A stretch of DNA of 64,000 nt from Thermoanaerobaculia bacterium (GTDB lineage: Bacteria > Acidobacteriota > Thermoanaerobaculia > UBA5066 > Gp7-AA6). Within the stretch, counting starts at the first letter, position 1; the number at the start of each line of letters is the position of its first letter. This document shows positions 20,985 to 30,729 of this stretch, in pieces. The notes beneath the pieces are model-generated. The model saw nothing but the letters and a program-made list of their open reading frames with translations, ran no database searches and was not told the origin of the DNA. The stretch covers positions 161 to 64,160 of the forward strand of contig JBBROA010000004.1 of the NCBI GenBank assembly GCA_038229875.1, in the 5' to 3' direction. Position numbers and translations under genes: made by a program.

Positions 20985-21316
20985 GTTCGTTCGACCGAAA
21001 GGCAGTCGCGATTTTTTCTTGCCTCCGCCCCTTCGCCCCAGGTCGAGCCTGCGGCCGATTCCGCAAATCTGGCCCTCGACGGAAGCGGCGGTGCGTCCGT
21101 CGGGCCTGACGTCGCAAGCACCCGGACGGTGACCGCGACCGGGACCGCCACGGCGACGCCCTTCGACCACACCGATCCTCTCGGCGACGGGCAATCCGAC
21201 GACGACCCTCAAGATGACCGTCACGCCGAGGTGACGCTGACGGCCGGTCGGGTCGGGCCGGCGACACAGGAACCGATCATCGGTAGACTGCGCGCCATCA
21301 GAAAGGGGACAACCCC

Positions 21317-21763
21317 ATGAGAGACAGATCCGGGAACGGACGGCCGGTTGACCCGGCGTGGGTGGCGCGCTGGAAGTCGTGGGCCCCGCAGATGTTGAGC
21401 GTGCTTCGGATCGTCTCCGCGTTCGTCTTCATGGTGTACGGGTCCTCCAAGCTCTTCGCGATTCCCGCCGCCGTCATGCCCGGCGGCGGTACCGCGCCGC
21501 TCAATTCCATTCCGGGTTTCGCGGGAGCGCTGGAGCTCGTCGGCGGCGTCCTGCTCTTCTTCGGACTGTTCACGCGCCCCGTCGCGTTCCTGTTGTCGGG
21601 GCAGATGGCGGTCGCGTACTTCATGGGGCATGCGCCGAAGGGACTGTGGCCCGCCTTGAACGGGGGAGCGCCCGCGGTGCTCTTCTGCTTCGTGTGGCTC
21701 TACGTCTCCGTCGCGGGACCGGGACCATGGAGCCTCGACGCCCTGCGTGAACGAAGCCGATGA
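21317..21763 (+). CDS. DoxX-family membrane protein
   Basis: LSVLRIVSAFVFMVYGSSKLF...GALELVGGVLLFFGLFTRPVAFLLSGQMAVAYF. Confidence 0.8.
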   Translation: MRDRSGNGRPVDPAWVARWKSWAPQMLSVLRIVSAFVFMVYGSSKLFAIPAAVMPGGGTAPLNSIPGFAGALELVGGVLLFFGLFTRPVAFLLSGQMAVAYFMGHAPKGLWPALNGGAPAVLFCFVWLYVSVAGPGPWSLDALRERSR

Positions 21764-22206
21764 TCGTGCGGGCGGTCTCGGCGGAAGATCGGAAGCAGTG
21801 GGAGCCGCTGTGGGCCGGGTACAACTTGTTCTACGGACGAACGCTCCCGGAACAGATCACGGACGTCACCTGGGCCCGGTTTCTCCACCCCGACGAGCCG
21901 GTCCACGCGCTGGTCGCCGAAGGGGACGGCGCGCTCGTCGGCCTCGCCCACTACCTGTTCCACCGCAGCACGATCCTGATTTCTCCGATCTGCTATCTCC
22001 AGGACCTCTTCACCGCGGAGAGCGCCCGCGGTCAGGGGGTAGGACGCGCCCTGATCGAGGGCGTTTATCAGCGCGCGAAAGAGGGCGGGGCGGCGCGCGT
22101 GTATTGGCACACCCAGGAGACGAATGCGACCGCGATCAAGCTGTATGCCAGCATCGCCGAGCGCTCCGGATTCATCGTGTACCGCAAGATTTTCGAATCC
22201 CTTTGA
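21760..22206 (+). CDS. GNAT-family N-acetyltransferase
   Basis: ATGA overlap with the doxX stop. LQDLFTAESARGQGVGRALIEGVY. Confidence 0.85.
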   Translation: MIVRAVSAEDRKQWEPLWAGYNLFYGRTLPEQITDVTWARFLHPDEPVHALVAEGDGALVGLAHYLFHRSTILISPICYLQDLFTAESARGQGVGRALIEGVYQRAKEGGAARVYWHTQETNATAIKLYASIAERSGFIVYRKIFESL

Positions 22207-22321
22207 CGATTTGAAGGTTTGACGATTTGACGGATGACGAGCCGGCCAGATGCGCGGTGCGCGGTGCGTGGTTGTTCCCGCGCGAACGCATCCGTGACAT
22301 CGTTCCCGGCGGGAGGCCGCC

Positions 22322-22879
22322 ATGACAACCGTTCGGATCCGTTCCGCGCGTGCTCTCGCCGCCGCGGGTATTTTCGCCGGGGAGTGCTTGATGGCGTCGG
22401 CGTCGGCGTCGGCGCAGTCTGCGTCCGGAGCTACGGTCTCCCCCGCCGCACCGGTCCGGAAGGGAGCAGTCGTGAACACGAAAGCCACGGGAACCTTCGA
22501 CGTGAAGCTCGAGCCGCAGCCGGCGGATGAGAAGGCGGGAGGCTCGGCGATCGGACGGCTGACCATCGAGAAGACGTTTCACGGCGGCCTCGAAGGTGCC
22601 AGCCGCGGACAGATGCTCGCGGCGAGCACGGCCACTTCCGGTTCGGCGGGGTACGTCGCGATCGAGCAGGTGACGGGAATGCTGGACGGACGCGCCGGGA
22701 CGTTCGCCCTCCAGCACAGCGGCACGATGACCCGCGGCGCTCCGGAGCTCACCGTCACCGTGGTGCCGGATTCCGGCACGGGACAGCTCATCGGGCTCGC
22801 GGGAAAGATGACGATCCGGATCACGGACGGGAAACACTTTTACGAGCTCGAGTACACGCTTCCGCAGCCGCCCGTCTAG
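22322..22879 (+). CDS. DUF3224-like protein with signal peptide
   Basis: ATGTFDVKLEPQP...IEKTFHGGLEGASRGQML...GYVAIEQVTG...LQHSG pattern. Confidence 0.7.
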   Translation: MTTVRIRSARALAAAGIFAGECLMASASASAQSASGATVSPAAPVRKGAVVNTKATGTFDVKLEPQPADEKAGGSAIGRLTIEKTFHGGLEGASRGQMLAASTATSGSAGYVAIEQVTGMLDGRAGTFALQHSGTMTRGAPELTVTVVPDSGTGQLIGLAGKMTIRITDGKHFYELEYTLPQPPV

Positions 22880-22882
22880 ATC

Positions 22883-23506
22883 TTGGGGGAACGCGCTCCG
22901 CGGATCGATCTCTCCCTCTTTGGCGGGATCGACATCTATCTCTTCGACCAGGTGCTGCGCGGGCGAATCCCGCCTTCGATGTCGCTGCTCGACGCCGGTT
23001 GCGGCCCCGGCCGGAATCTCGTGTTTTTCCTGAGCCAGGGGTACGAGGTGTCGGCGCTCGATCCGGACGCCGCGGCCGTCGCGTCGGCGCGGCGGCTGTT
23101 CGAGACGCTCGCGCCGGAGCTTCCCGCCTCGAACCTCCGGCAGGAGTCGGTTGAGTCGAGCAGCTTTCCGGACGAAGCAGCCCACGTCGTGATCAGCAGC
23201 GCGGTCCTCCACTTCGCGCGCGACGAGCGCCACTTCCGCGGGATGCTCGACGGAAGCTGGCGCCTCGTCCGGCGCGGCGGGTTCCTGTTCTGCCGGCTCG
23301 CCTCTTCCATTGGGATGGAGTCGCGTGTCGCGCCGCTGCCCGGCGGCCGGTTCCGGCTGCCGGACGGCAGCGCCCGCTATCTTGTCGACGAGAGGGGCCT
23401 CCTCGATCTGACGGCCGAGCTCGGAGGACGGCTTCTCGATCCCCTGAAGACGACGGTGGTGCAGGATCAGCGCTGCATGACCACCTGGGTGGTGGAAAAG
23501 CCGTGA
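22883..23506 (+). CDS. class I SAM-dependent methyltransferase
   Basis: LLDAGCGPGRN motif I, VVISSAVLHF, RLVRRGGFL. TTG start. Confidence 0.8.
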   Translation: MGERAPRIDLSLFGGIDIYLFDQVLRGRIPPSMSLLDAGCGPGRNLVFFLSQGYEVSALDPDAAAVASARRLFETLAPELPASNLRQESVESSSFPDEAAHVVISSAVLHFARDERHFRGMLDGSWRLVRRGGFLFCRLASSIGMESRVAPLPGGRFRLPDGSARYLVDERGLLDLTAELGGRLLDPLKTTVVQDQRCMTTWVVEKP

Positions 23507-23557
23507 CGGCGGCAGCCGCGGATTGCACGCTTGTCCTGCTTTTCATACGCTGGCCCC

Positions 23558-24010
23558 ATGCAGACACTCTTTAATCCCGCGGGGCGGCAGCCCATCCTCG
23601 ACCGGCTCGCGCGTCTGTCACCGACCGCGTCGAGGCAGTGGGGAAAGATGGACGCGGGCCAGATGCTGGCGCATTGTTCGAAGGCCCTCTCCGTCGCGAT
23701 CGGGGACGAGACTCGGAAACAGGCGCTGATAGGCAGGATCCTGTCTCCGTTCGTGAAGGCTTCGATCCTCGGTGAAAAACCGTTCAGCCGGAATTCCCCG
23801 ACCGATCCCACTTTCGTCATGACGGGGAGCAGCAAGGACTTCGAGCAGGAGAAGCGGCGGCTGACCGAATTGATCGATCGCTTCGCCGCGGCCGGGCCCG
23901 AGCAGGCGGGACGGCAGGTGCACTCATTTTTCGGAAAGCTGGCCGGCAACGACTGGGGTGTGCTGATGCTCAAGCATCTCGATCACCACCTGCGGCAGTT
24001 CGGGGCCTGA
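23558..24010 (+). CDS. DUF1569 (DinB-like) protein
   Basis: RQWGKMDAGQMLAHCS...HSFFGKL..NDWGVLMLKHLDHHLRQFG. Confidence 0.7.
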   Translation: MQTLFNPAGRQPILDRLARLSPTASRQWGKMDAGQMLAHCSKALSVAIGDETRKQALIGRILSPFVKASILGEKPFSRNSPTDPTFVMTGSSKDFEQEKRRLTELIDRFAAAGPEQAGRQVHSFFGKLAGNDWGVLMLKHLDHHLRQFGA

Positions 24011-24024
24011 CGAACGGAAACCGC

Positions 24025-24417
24025 GTGAGGGCGACCCGACGGCCTGGCGGGACAGGCGGGGCAGGCGGGGCAGCCCGGCCGGAGGACGGCTACACGAAGA
24101 TCTACCGGGTGGTTGCTCGGATTCCGCCGGGGCGCGTCGCCACGTACGGGCAGGTGGCGGTCCTCGCGGGCGTCCCGGGACAGGCGCGGCTCGTCGGTTA
24201 CGCCCTCCATGCCCTCGACGAAGGGAACCGGCTGCCCTGGCATCGCGTCATCAACGCTCAGGGGCGGATCAGTCCGCGTTCCGGAAGCGACGTTCCCATG
24301 CATGTGGTTCAGCGGCGGCGGCTGGAGCGCGAGCGCGTGACTTTCGACGACGCCGGCCGGATCCCGCTCGAGAGATTCCGGTGGAAAGGGCGATCGGGGC
24401 GATCGGGCCGACGATGA
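24025..24417 (+). CDS. MGMT-family DNA-binding protein, alkyltransferase-like (ATL): active-site Cys replaced by Trp
   Basis: IPPGRVATYGQVA...LPWHRVINAQG. The PCHRV acceptor motif reads PWHRV. Confidence 0.8.
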   Translation: MRATRRPGGTGGAGGAARPEDGYTKIYRVVARIPPGRVATYGQVAVLAGVPGQARLVGYALHALDEGNRLPWHRVINAQGRISPRSGSDVPMHVVQRRRLERERVTFDDAGRIPLERFRWKGRSGRSGRR

Positions 24418-24971
24418 TCGTTTTCGAGACCGAGCGCCTGGTGCTCCGCCGTGTGACGGAGGAGGACGCGCCGTTCATCCTGGAGCTCTTGAACGACCCC
24501 GACTGGCTCCGATACATCGGCGACAGGAAAGTGCGGACGCTCGAAGACGCCCGCGGCTACATCCAGACGGGGCCGATGGCGATGTATGCCCGGCATGGCT
24601 TGGGCCTCTACCTGACGGAATTGAAGGACGGGGGTGCGCCGATCGGACTGTGCGGGCTGCTCCGCCGCGACGGGCTCGCCGATCCGGACATTGGCTTCGC
24701 GTTTCTGCCGGCGTTTCGAGGACGGGGATACGCGTCCGAAGCCGCCGCGGCGACGCTCGAGTACGCGAAGAACACGCTGAGCCTCAAGAAGGTGGTGGCG
24801 ATTACGTCGCCCGACAACGGGAGATCCGGGCGGTTGCTCGACAAGCTCGGAATGCGATTCGAACGCATGATCCGCCTCGCCCCGGAAGCGGACGAAGTGA
24901 AGCTGTTCTCTCCGGCCGTTCGGGCGGCGGAGTCAACGACACCAGCGCACGCGCGCAAGGAGCAGAGATGA
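24414..24971 (+). CDS. GNAT (RimJ/RimL-type) N-acetyltransferase
   Basis: ATGA overlap. FETERLVLRRVTEEDAPFILELLNDP...RGRGYASEA. Confidence 0.85.
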   Translation: MIVFETERLVLRRVTEEDAPFILELLNDPDWLRYIGDRKVRTLEDARGYIQTGPMAMYARHGLGLYLTELKDGGAPIGLCGLLRRDGLADPDIGFAFLPAFRGRGYASEAAAATLEYAKNTLSLKKVVAITSPDNGRSGRLLDKLGMRFERMIRLAPEADEVKLFSPAVRAAESTTPAHARKEQR

Positions 24972-25453
24972 AGAATCGGACTGTGCCAAGGAGGATCGTC
25001 CTGGCCGGCGTGTCGATCCTGGTCGCCGCGTGCGCAATGTCCGCGGAAGAGACGCGGCCGGCGCGCCGCAGCAAGGAAAAGGCGATCCGCGAGCTCATGG
25101 CGATCACGGGCGCATCCAACATGGGCCGCCAGGTCATGGAGCAAATGCGGCCCGCCCTCCTCCAAGCGGTCCCCGGAATTCCGGATTCGTTCTGGGACGA
25201 GTTCATGTCGGAGGTTCGGATGGACGAGCTGACGGACCTGGTGGTGCCGATCTACGCGAAGTACTTCACCTCCGACGAGCTCGAGCAGCTGATCGCGTTC
25301 AACAAGACGCCGCTCGGCCGGAAGGTGATCGCGACCATGCCGTCTCTGATGAAGGAGTCGATGGCGGCCGGGCAGGCCTGGGGGCGCGCGCTCGGCGAAC
25401 GTGCTTACCGCAAAGCGCAGGAGAGGGCCCCGAAGCCGGAGTCCGGCCGCTGA
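24968..25453 (+). CDS. DUF2059-like exported protein
   Basis: ATGA overlap. Signal/lipoprotein-like N-terminus. PIYAKYFTSDELEQLIAFNKTPLGRKV. Confidence 0.7.
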   Translation: MKNRTVPRRIVLAGVSILVAACAMSAEETRPARRSKEKAIRELMAITGASNMGRQVMEQMRPALLQAVPGIPDSFWDEFMSEVRMDELTDLVVPIYAKYFTSDELEQLIAFNKTPLGRKVIATMPSLMKESMAAGQAWGRALGERAYRKAQERAPKPESGR

Positions 25454-25484
25454 AAGGTCGCGGCACTGCTGCCCGCGTGAAGCC

Positions 25485-25745
25485 ATGGGGCTGATCCTGT
25501 TTTCCTGCCGCGGCGGCGCGATCGCGCTGCCGGCCCGCGGGCCGGCGCTCGTCGGCCGCGAGGATGGCGGAAATCTCATCGTCAATCCTCTCCGGCCGGT
25601 GTGGGAAAGAAGCGAGCTCGAGGCAGACGAGCTGGCCGCCTGGACCTTCCTCGTCGCCGCCACGACGCGCGCGATCGCGAGAGCGGAGAGTGCCGTCGGT
25701 CCGCGGGCTCCCGCTAGACTCTCAACGCGATGCTTCAACTCATGA
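25485..25745 (+). CDS. hypothetical protein (possibly truncated)
   Basis: 87-aa ORF from the internal ATG; GGNLIVNPLRPVWERSELEADELAAWTFLVAAT. No family recognised. The C-terminus looks non-native. Confidence 0.25.
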   Translation: MGLILFSCRGGAIALPARGPALVGREDGGNLIVNPLRPVWERSELEADELAAWTFLVAATTRAIARAESAVGPRAPARLSTRCFNS

Positions 25746-25802
25746 CTCTCAATTCTCGACGCTCGACGCAGAACGCTCAACCTTCTTCCCCCCGGAGGTC
25801 CC

Positions 25803-26233
25803 TTGAAGCCCGTCTTCCTCGCGTTCATCCTCGCTGGCGCCGCCGCATTCGCCGGCGCCGCCGAACCGGCCGCCGCCAATGAAGAGCAGGCGATTCGCGC
25901 GGTCGTCGGCGACTACCTTCATGGCCTGAAGTTCAACGACGTCGCTGGCCTGCAGCGCGCGTTCTGGTCCGGCGCGAATCTCTTCTGGGTGAAGAAGTCG
26001 GGGAGCTCGGGCAGCTGACCCAGGCCGACTGGTACAAGGGCTTCGCCGCGAGCGCCGGGAAAGAAGAGGCGGGCGATCTGCGCATTGTCGCGATCGACAT
26101 TGCCGGAAACGCGGCGTCGGTGAAGGTCCAGGAGGATTATGAAAAGTCGCGATACATCGACTACCTCTCGCTCCTGAAGGTTGGTGGCGGGTGGAAGATT
26201 GTCGCCAAGATCTATACGGTGGAGCCGCGTTGA
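25803..26233 (+). pseudogene. NTF2-fold (putative lumazine-binding-like) exported protein, split by a 1-nt frameshift in a G run
   Basis: Frame 1 (MKPVFLAF...FWVKKSG) stops at 26016-26018. The continuation ELGQLTQADWYKGFAASAGKEE...SRYIDYLSLLKVGGGWKIVAKIYTVEPR* is in the +1 frame. One extra G in GGGG (26000-26003) would restore the gene. Confidence 0.6.
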
Positions 26234-26300
26234 GGGCGGGACCCGCGGCGCCGGCGCTCGTCTGCCTCCAGCCGTGTCACGGCGAGAAGAAAGAGAGATC

Positions 26301-26768
26301 ATGCCGGATCTGATCCACGATCGCCTGAAGAGTCGAAGGATCGAGCTGCCGTCGCCGAGCGCACCGGGGGCGAATTACGTCCCGTACGTTCGGTCCGGGA
26401 ATCTCGTTTTCCTGACGGGTCAGCTCTCGCAATGGAACGGCGAGAGGCGGTTCGTGGGAAAGCTCGGGAGGGAATTCGGTGTCCCGGAAGGTCAGCAGGC
26501 GGCGCGGCTCTGCGCCTTGAACCTCCTGGCCCATCTCGATTCCGCGCTGGGAGGCGACCTCGACCGCGTCCGGCGTTGCGTGAAGGTCGCCGGCTTCGTG
26601 AACTCGACGCCCGACTTCACCGCGCAATCTCAGGTGATCAATGGCGCGTCGGATCTCATTCTCGAGGTGTTCGAGGAGGCCGGCCGTCACGCGCGGATGG
26701 CGGTGGGCGTCGTCGCACTGCCCTATGACGTCGCGGTCGAAGTGGAAGCGATCTTCGAGGTGAGCTGA
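26301..26768 (+). CDS. RidA/YjgF family protein
   Basis: YVPYVRSGNLVFLTGQLS...VKVAGFVNSTPDF...ARMAVGVVALPYDVAVEVEAIFEV. Confidence 0.85.
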   Translation: MPDLIHDRLKSRRIELPSPSAPGANYVPYVRSGNLVFLTGQLSQWNGERRFVGKLGREFGVPEGQQAARLCALNLLAHLDSALGGDLDRVRRCVKVAGFVNSTPDFTAQSQVINGASDLILEVFEEAGRHARMAVGVVALPYDVAVEVEAIFEVS

Positions 26769-26841
26769 GGAGGATCCTTCCATACCGTGGGAGACGAATC
26801 GGGTTTCGGCGTCTCGGAGGGCGAGGGCGTTTGATACGCTC

Positions 26842-28089
26842 TCATCCCCTCGATCCCAGCCCCGCGGCCCTCCCGGTGGCCCAGGCCCACTGGAAATTGT
26901 AGCCGCCGATCGGACCGAAGGCGTCGAGTGCCTCTCCGCAGAGGTAGAGGCCGGGGCACCGGCGGCTCTCCATCGTGCGGGGATCGACCTCGGCCAGGCT
27001 GACGCCGCCGCCGGTGACCTCCGCCTTCGCGTACCCCTCGTGGCCGGTCCACGGCAGGTCGCCGCGCGTCAGGTGCTCCACGAGGCGGAGCCGCTCCTCG
27101 CGCAGGAGCCGCGACAACGGACGCGCGGGATCGACGCCCGCCCACTGCACGATCGCGGCCGCCAGCCGTTCCGGCATCGCGCCGCGGAGGGCGCCGGCGA
27201 CCGTGCGCGAGCCTTCCGGCCGCGGCCGGAGCGCGGCGATCCATTCGGGTTCCCCTCGCGAGGTCCACTGAACGGAGAGCCGCGCGGGAGCGGCTTCGCC
27301 GAGAGAGCGCACCGCGACGTGCGAAACGTCCAGGATCGAAGGTCCGCTGTATCCCTGGTGGGTAAAGAGGAACCCACCCGTGGCGGCCGCGCTCCGTGCT
27401 CCGCCGCGCGCGGCCACGGTCACGGAAAGAGAGACGCCCGCGAGACTCGAGAACACGGACGGCGCGGCGGTCAGAGGCGTCAGCGCCGGGTAGGTCGGGT
27501 GAATCACGTGGCCGAGCCGGCGAAGGATCTCGAGCCCCGCTCCGTCGCTGCCTGACTTCGGGACCGAAATGCCTCCGGTCGCCACGATGACCGCGTCCGC
27601 TTCGAGGGGAGGCCCCGAGTCCCGCTCGACTCTCCAGCGAGCCGCCCCGCGGGAGAGGTCGGTCACCAGGGTGTTCGTCAGGATCTCGACGCCGCGCCGA
27701 CGCGCCAGATCGAAGAGGCGGTCTCGCACGTCGCGGGCACGAGAAGACGCCGGAAAGAGCTTGCCGGATTTCTTTTCTTCGGAAAGCGGAATGCCGGCTT
27801 CGCTCTCGAAGAATTGGATCTGCTCCGAGAGCGGCCAGGAACGCAGCATCTTTCGCAGGGTGTTCCTTGAAGAATCAGTCACGAACCTCGACTCGTCCGG
27901 GCGGGACGGGAGGATGTTGCAACGGCCGCCGCCGCTGATGACGATCTTGCGGCCTCCGTCGGGAGTCCGCTCGAGCAGGAGGGTTTCGACACCTTCCGCG
28001 GCGGCGAAGATCGCGGCCATGGTGCCGGCGGCTCCCGCCCCGACCACGACGACGCGCCGTCTTCCTCCTCCTGGCATCCGCCGAAACAT
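26842..28089 (-). CDS. HI0933/BaiN-like NAD(P)/FAD-dependent oxidoreductase
   Basis: [14 protein letters not shown] dinucleotide motif, GGGRCN, ...[24 protein letters not shown]-terminus. Confidence 0.9.
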   Translation of the reverse strand: MFRRMPGGGRRRVVVVGAGAAGTMAAIFAAAEGVETLLLERTPDGGRKIVISGGGRCNILPSRPDESRFVTDSSRNTLRKMLRSWPLSEQIQFFESEAGIPLSEEKKSGKLFPASSRARDVRDRLFDLARRRGVEILTNTLVTDLSRGAARWRVERDSGPPLEADAVIVATGGISVPKSGSDGAGLEILRRLGHVIHPTYPALTPLTAAPSVFSSLAGVSLSVTVAARGGARSAAATGGFLFTHQGYSGPSILDVSHVAVRSLGEAAPARLSVQWTSRGEPEWIAALRPRPEGSRTVAGALRGAMPERLAAAIVQWAGVDPARPLSRLLREERLRLVEHLTRGDLPWTGHEGYAKAEVTGGGVSLAEVDPRTMESRRCPGLYLCGEALDAFGPIGGYNFQWAWATGRAAGLGSRG

Positions 28090-28155
28090 ATCCGGACCGA
28101 AAAAGTCCCCCGAAACTTTCCCCGCCCCCGGGCGTCAGACCCCCAGAGGTGCCGG

Positions 28156-30552
28156 ATGAACCGCCTTGGCCGTGACCTGCGCTCCGCGATCCGTACACTC
28201 CGGAAGAGCCCGGGTTTCACCGCGGTCGTCGTGGTGGTGCTCGGCCTCGGCATCGGCGCGAATACCGCGATCTTCAGCCTCGTGGACGCGGTCCTCCTGA
28301 GGCGGCTCCCGTATCCCGAGCCCGACCGGCTGCTGCTCCTGCCCGCGCGACACCAGCCCGAGGACATGGGCGCTGAGGTGTCTCTCGCGAACTTCCTCGA
28401 CTGGCGGCGGGAGAGCCGGTCGTTCGAGCAGCTCGGCGCCTGGGCGCCGGCCTCGTTCGATTTCACGGCCGGATCGGCCGAGCGCGTCCAGGGCGCGCGG
28501 ATCACTCCCGCGGGCCTCTCGGCGCCCGGGATCAAGCCGCTGCTCGGGCGGACCTTTCTTCCCGAAGAGGAGGGACCGGATTCGCGCGTCGCGGTCGTCA
28601 GCTTCGGCTTCTGGCGGAGCCGCTTTGGAGGCGATCCTTCGATCCTCGGGAGGGTCATCCGCCTTTCCGGCTTCGAGTACCCGATCGTCGGCGTGATGCC
28701 TCCCCAATTCGCGTTCCCGAGCGCCGATATCCAGGTCTGGACGCCGCTGCGCATGACCGAGCAGCGCGTGCGGGACCGGCAGAGCCGGTATCTCTACGCG
28801 GTTGGACGCCTGAAGAGCGGCGTCTCCCTCCGCGCGGCGCAATCGGACATGGATCTCGTCACGGGGGCGCTCGCGCGCGAGCACCCCGACCTCAACCGCA
28901 ACTGGGGAGTCCGGCTCCTTCCGATCCGCGAGTCCCTCATCGGAAAAGTCCGGCCGGTTCTCCTTCTCCTGCTGGCCACCGTCCTCCTGGTCCTGGCGAT
29001 CGCGTGCGCGAACATCGCGAACCTCCAGCTCGCCCGCGCCGCTTCGCGGCGGCGCGAGATCGCGATCCGCTCCGCGATCGGCGCTTCGGCGGGCGACGTC
29101 CTCCGGCAGCTGGTGCTCGAGGGCGCCGTCCTGTCGCTTGGCGGCGGCGCTCTCGGGCTCCTTTTCACGCGAGCGAGCCTCGGCATTCTCGCGGCGTGGA
29201 GCGCGCCGGGGGCGGAGAACGTGCGGATCGACGCGCGGGTCCTCTTCTTTACGTTGGCGGTCTCGCTCGTGACGGGGATTGTCTTCGGACTGGTTCCGGC
29301 CCGAGCGGCGCTCCGCCCGGACCTTCTGGACGTCCTCCGCGAGCAGGGACGCGGCGCGTCCTCGGGAGTCGGGCAGAACCGATTCCGGCGGCTTCTGACG
29401 GGTGGGCAGGTCGCGACCGCTCTCGTGCTCCTGATTGGCGCAGCCCTTCTCCTCTCGAGCCTGGCGCGACTTCAGAGAGTCGAGTCAGGTTTCAATCCGA
29501 AGGGTCTGTCGACCATCGAGGTCGTGCTGTCGTCGCCGCGGTACTCCGACCTGGAACGGCGCGCCGCGTTCGTCCGCCAGCTCGTCGACGGCGCGGGGCG
29601 GATTCCGGGAGTGACATCCGCCGCGGCGGTCGGGCAGCTGCCGTTCGGCGGCAGCAACAGCACCGAAAGTTACTGGATCGAGGGACAACCCCGGCCCCCC
29701 CTCGGCGCTGCCCCGGAAGCGGGACTTCGGGAAGTGACGCCGGGTTTTTTCCGCACGCTGGAGATTCCGGTGGTGGAGGGCCGCGATTTTTCCGTGTACG
29801 ACACCGCGCGGTCGGCCGCGGTCGTGCTCGTGAACAGAACGTTCGCGCGGCGGTACTGGCCGCGGGCGAGCGCGGTCGGACACCGGATCGTGCTGTCCGA
29901 CGCGGCCCGCGTTTCGCGGGAGATCGTCGGGGTGGTCGCGGACATCCGGCACACGGCTCTCGAGGCGCCCACCGTCCCAGAGATCTACGTTTCCTTCGAG
30001 CAGAACGGCGGCGACGACGTGGCGCTCGTCGCCCGGTCGCGCGAGGGGAGCGCCGGGGTTGCCGCGAGGCTGCGCGCCGTCGTCGCCGCGCTCGATCCCG
30101 AGCAGCCGGTGTTTCACGTCCGCACGATGGAGACCCTGCTCGCGGATTCCACCGCGCGTTCGAGGCGAACGACCGCCCTCGTCGGAGGCTTTGCCGCGCT
30201 CGCGCTCGTTCTCGCCGTGCTCGGCGTGTACAGCGTCATTTCCTTCTCGGTCGCCCGGCGTGGGAGGGAGTTCGCGATCCGGCTCGCCCTCGGAGGCAGC
30301 CGCCGCGACGTGCTGACGCTCGTCCTCGCGGAGGGAATGGGAGTGGCCCTCGCGGGCATCGGGGTGGGACTCGTTGTCGCCTGGGCCGCGACTCGGGCAC
30401 TCGCGAGCCAGTTGTTCGAAGTTCGCGCCGACGATCCCGGGATCTTCGCCGCGACCGCCGCGATCCTGGGGGCCGTGGCGCTTGTCGCGTGCCTCGTCCC
30501 CGCCTGGCGAGCGTCGCGCGTCGATCCCGTTGCCGCGCTGCGCGCGGAATGA
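28156..30552 (+). CDS. ADOP-family duplicated orphan permease (two MacB-like periplasmic + FtsX modules)
   Basis: [35 protein letters not shown]-terminus and duplicated FtsX-type 4-TM units. No adjacent ATPase. Confidence 0.9.
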   Translation: MNRLGRDLRSAIRTLRKSPGFTAVVVVVLGLGIGANTAIFSLVDAVLLRRLPYPEPDRLLLLPARHQPEDMGAEVSLANFLDWRRESRSFEQLGAWAPASFDFTAGSAERVQGARITPAGLSAPGIKPLLGRTFLPEEEGPDSRVAVVSFGFWRSRFGGDPSILGRVIRLSGFEYPIVGVMPPQFAFPSADIQVWTPLRMTEQRVRDRQSRYLYAVGRLKSGVSLRAAQSDMDLVTGALAREHPDLNRNWGVRLLPIRESLIGKVRPVLLLLLATVLLVLAIACANIANLQLARAASRRREIAIRSAIGASAGDVLRQLVLEGAVLSLGGGALGLLFTRASLGILAAWSAPGAENVRIDARVLFFTLAVSLVTGIVFGLVPARAALRPDLLDVLREQGRGASSGVGQNRFRRLLTGGQVATALVLLIGAALLLSSLARLQRVESGFNPKGLSTIEVVLSSPRYSDLERRAAFVRQLVDGAGRIPGVTSAAAVGQLPFGGSNSTESYWIEGQPRPPLGAAPEAGLREVTPGFFRTLEIPVVEGRDFSVYDTARSAAVVLVNRTFARRYWPRASAVGHRIVLSDAARVSREIVGVVADIRHTALEAPTVPEIYVSFEQNGGDDVALVARSREGSAGVAARLRAVVAALDPEQPVFHVRTMETLLADSTARSRRTTALVGGFAALALVLAVLGVYSVISFSVARRGREFAIRLALGGSRRDVLTLVLAEGMGVALAGIGVGLVVAWAATRALASQLFEVRADDPGIFAATAAILGAVALVACLVPAWRASRVDPVAALRAE

Positions 30553-30729
30553 CCGGCGGCCGGAGCTGCCTGGAGCGTGACGGCCTGACACGTTCCGGCC
30601 TTCCGGAGTGAAGCCTGGAAACGCTTGACGCGGCGTGCGGCGCGGCCCGTCTCACACCCGCGATCGGAAATCTTCTTCCAGGGTCCGGCCGAACTTTCGG
30701 CTCGCGAGCCCGTAAGCCTCTCGAGAACG

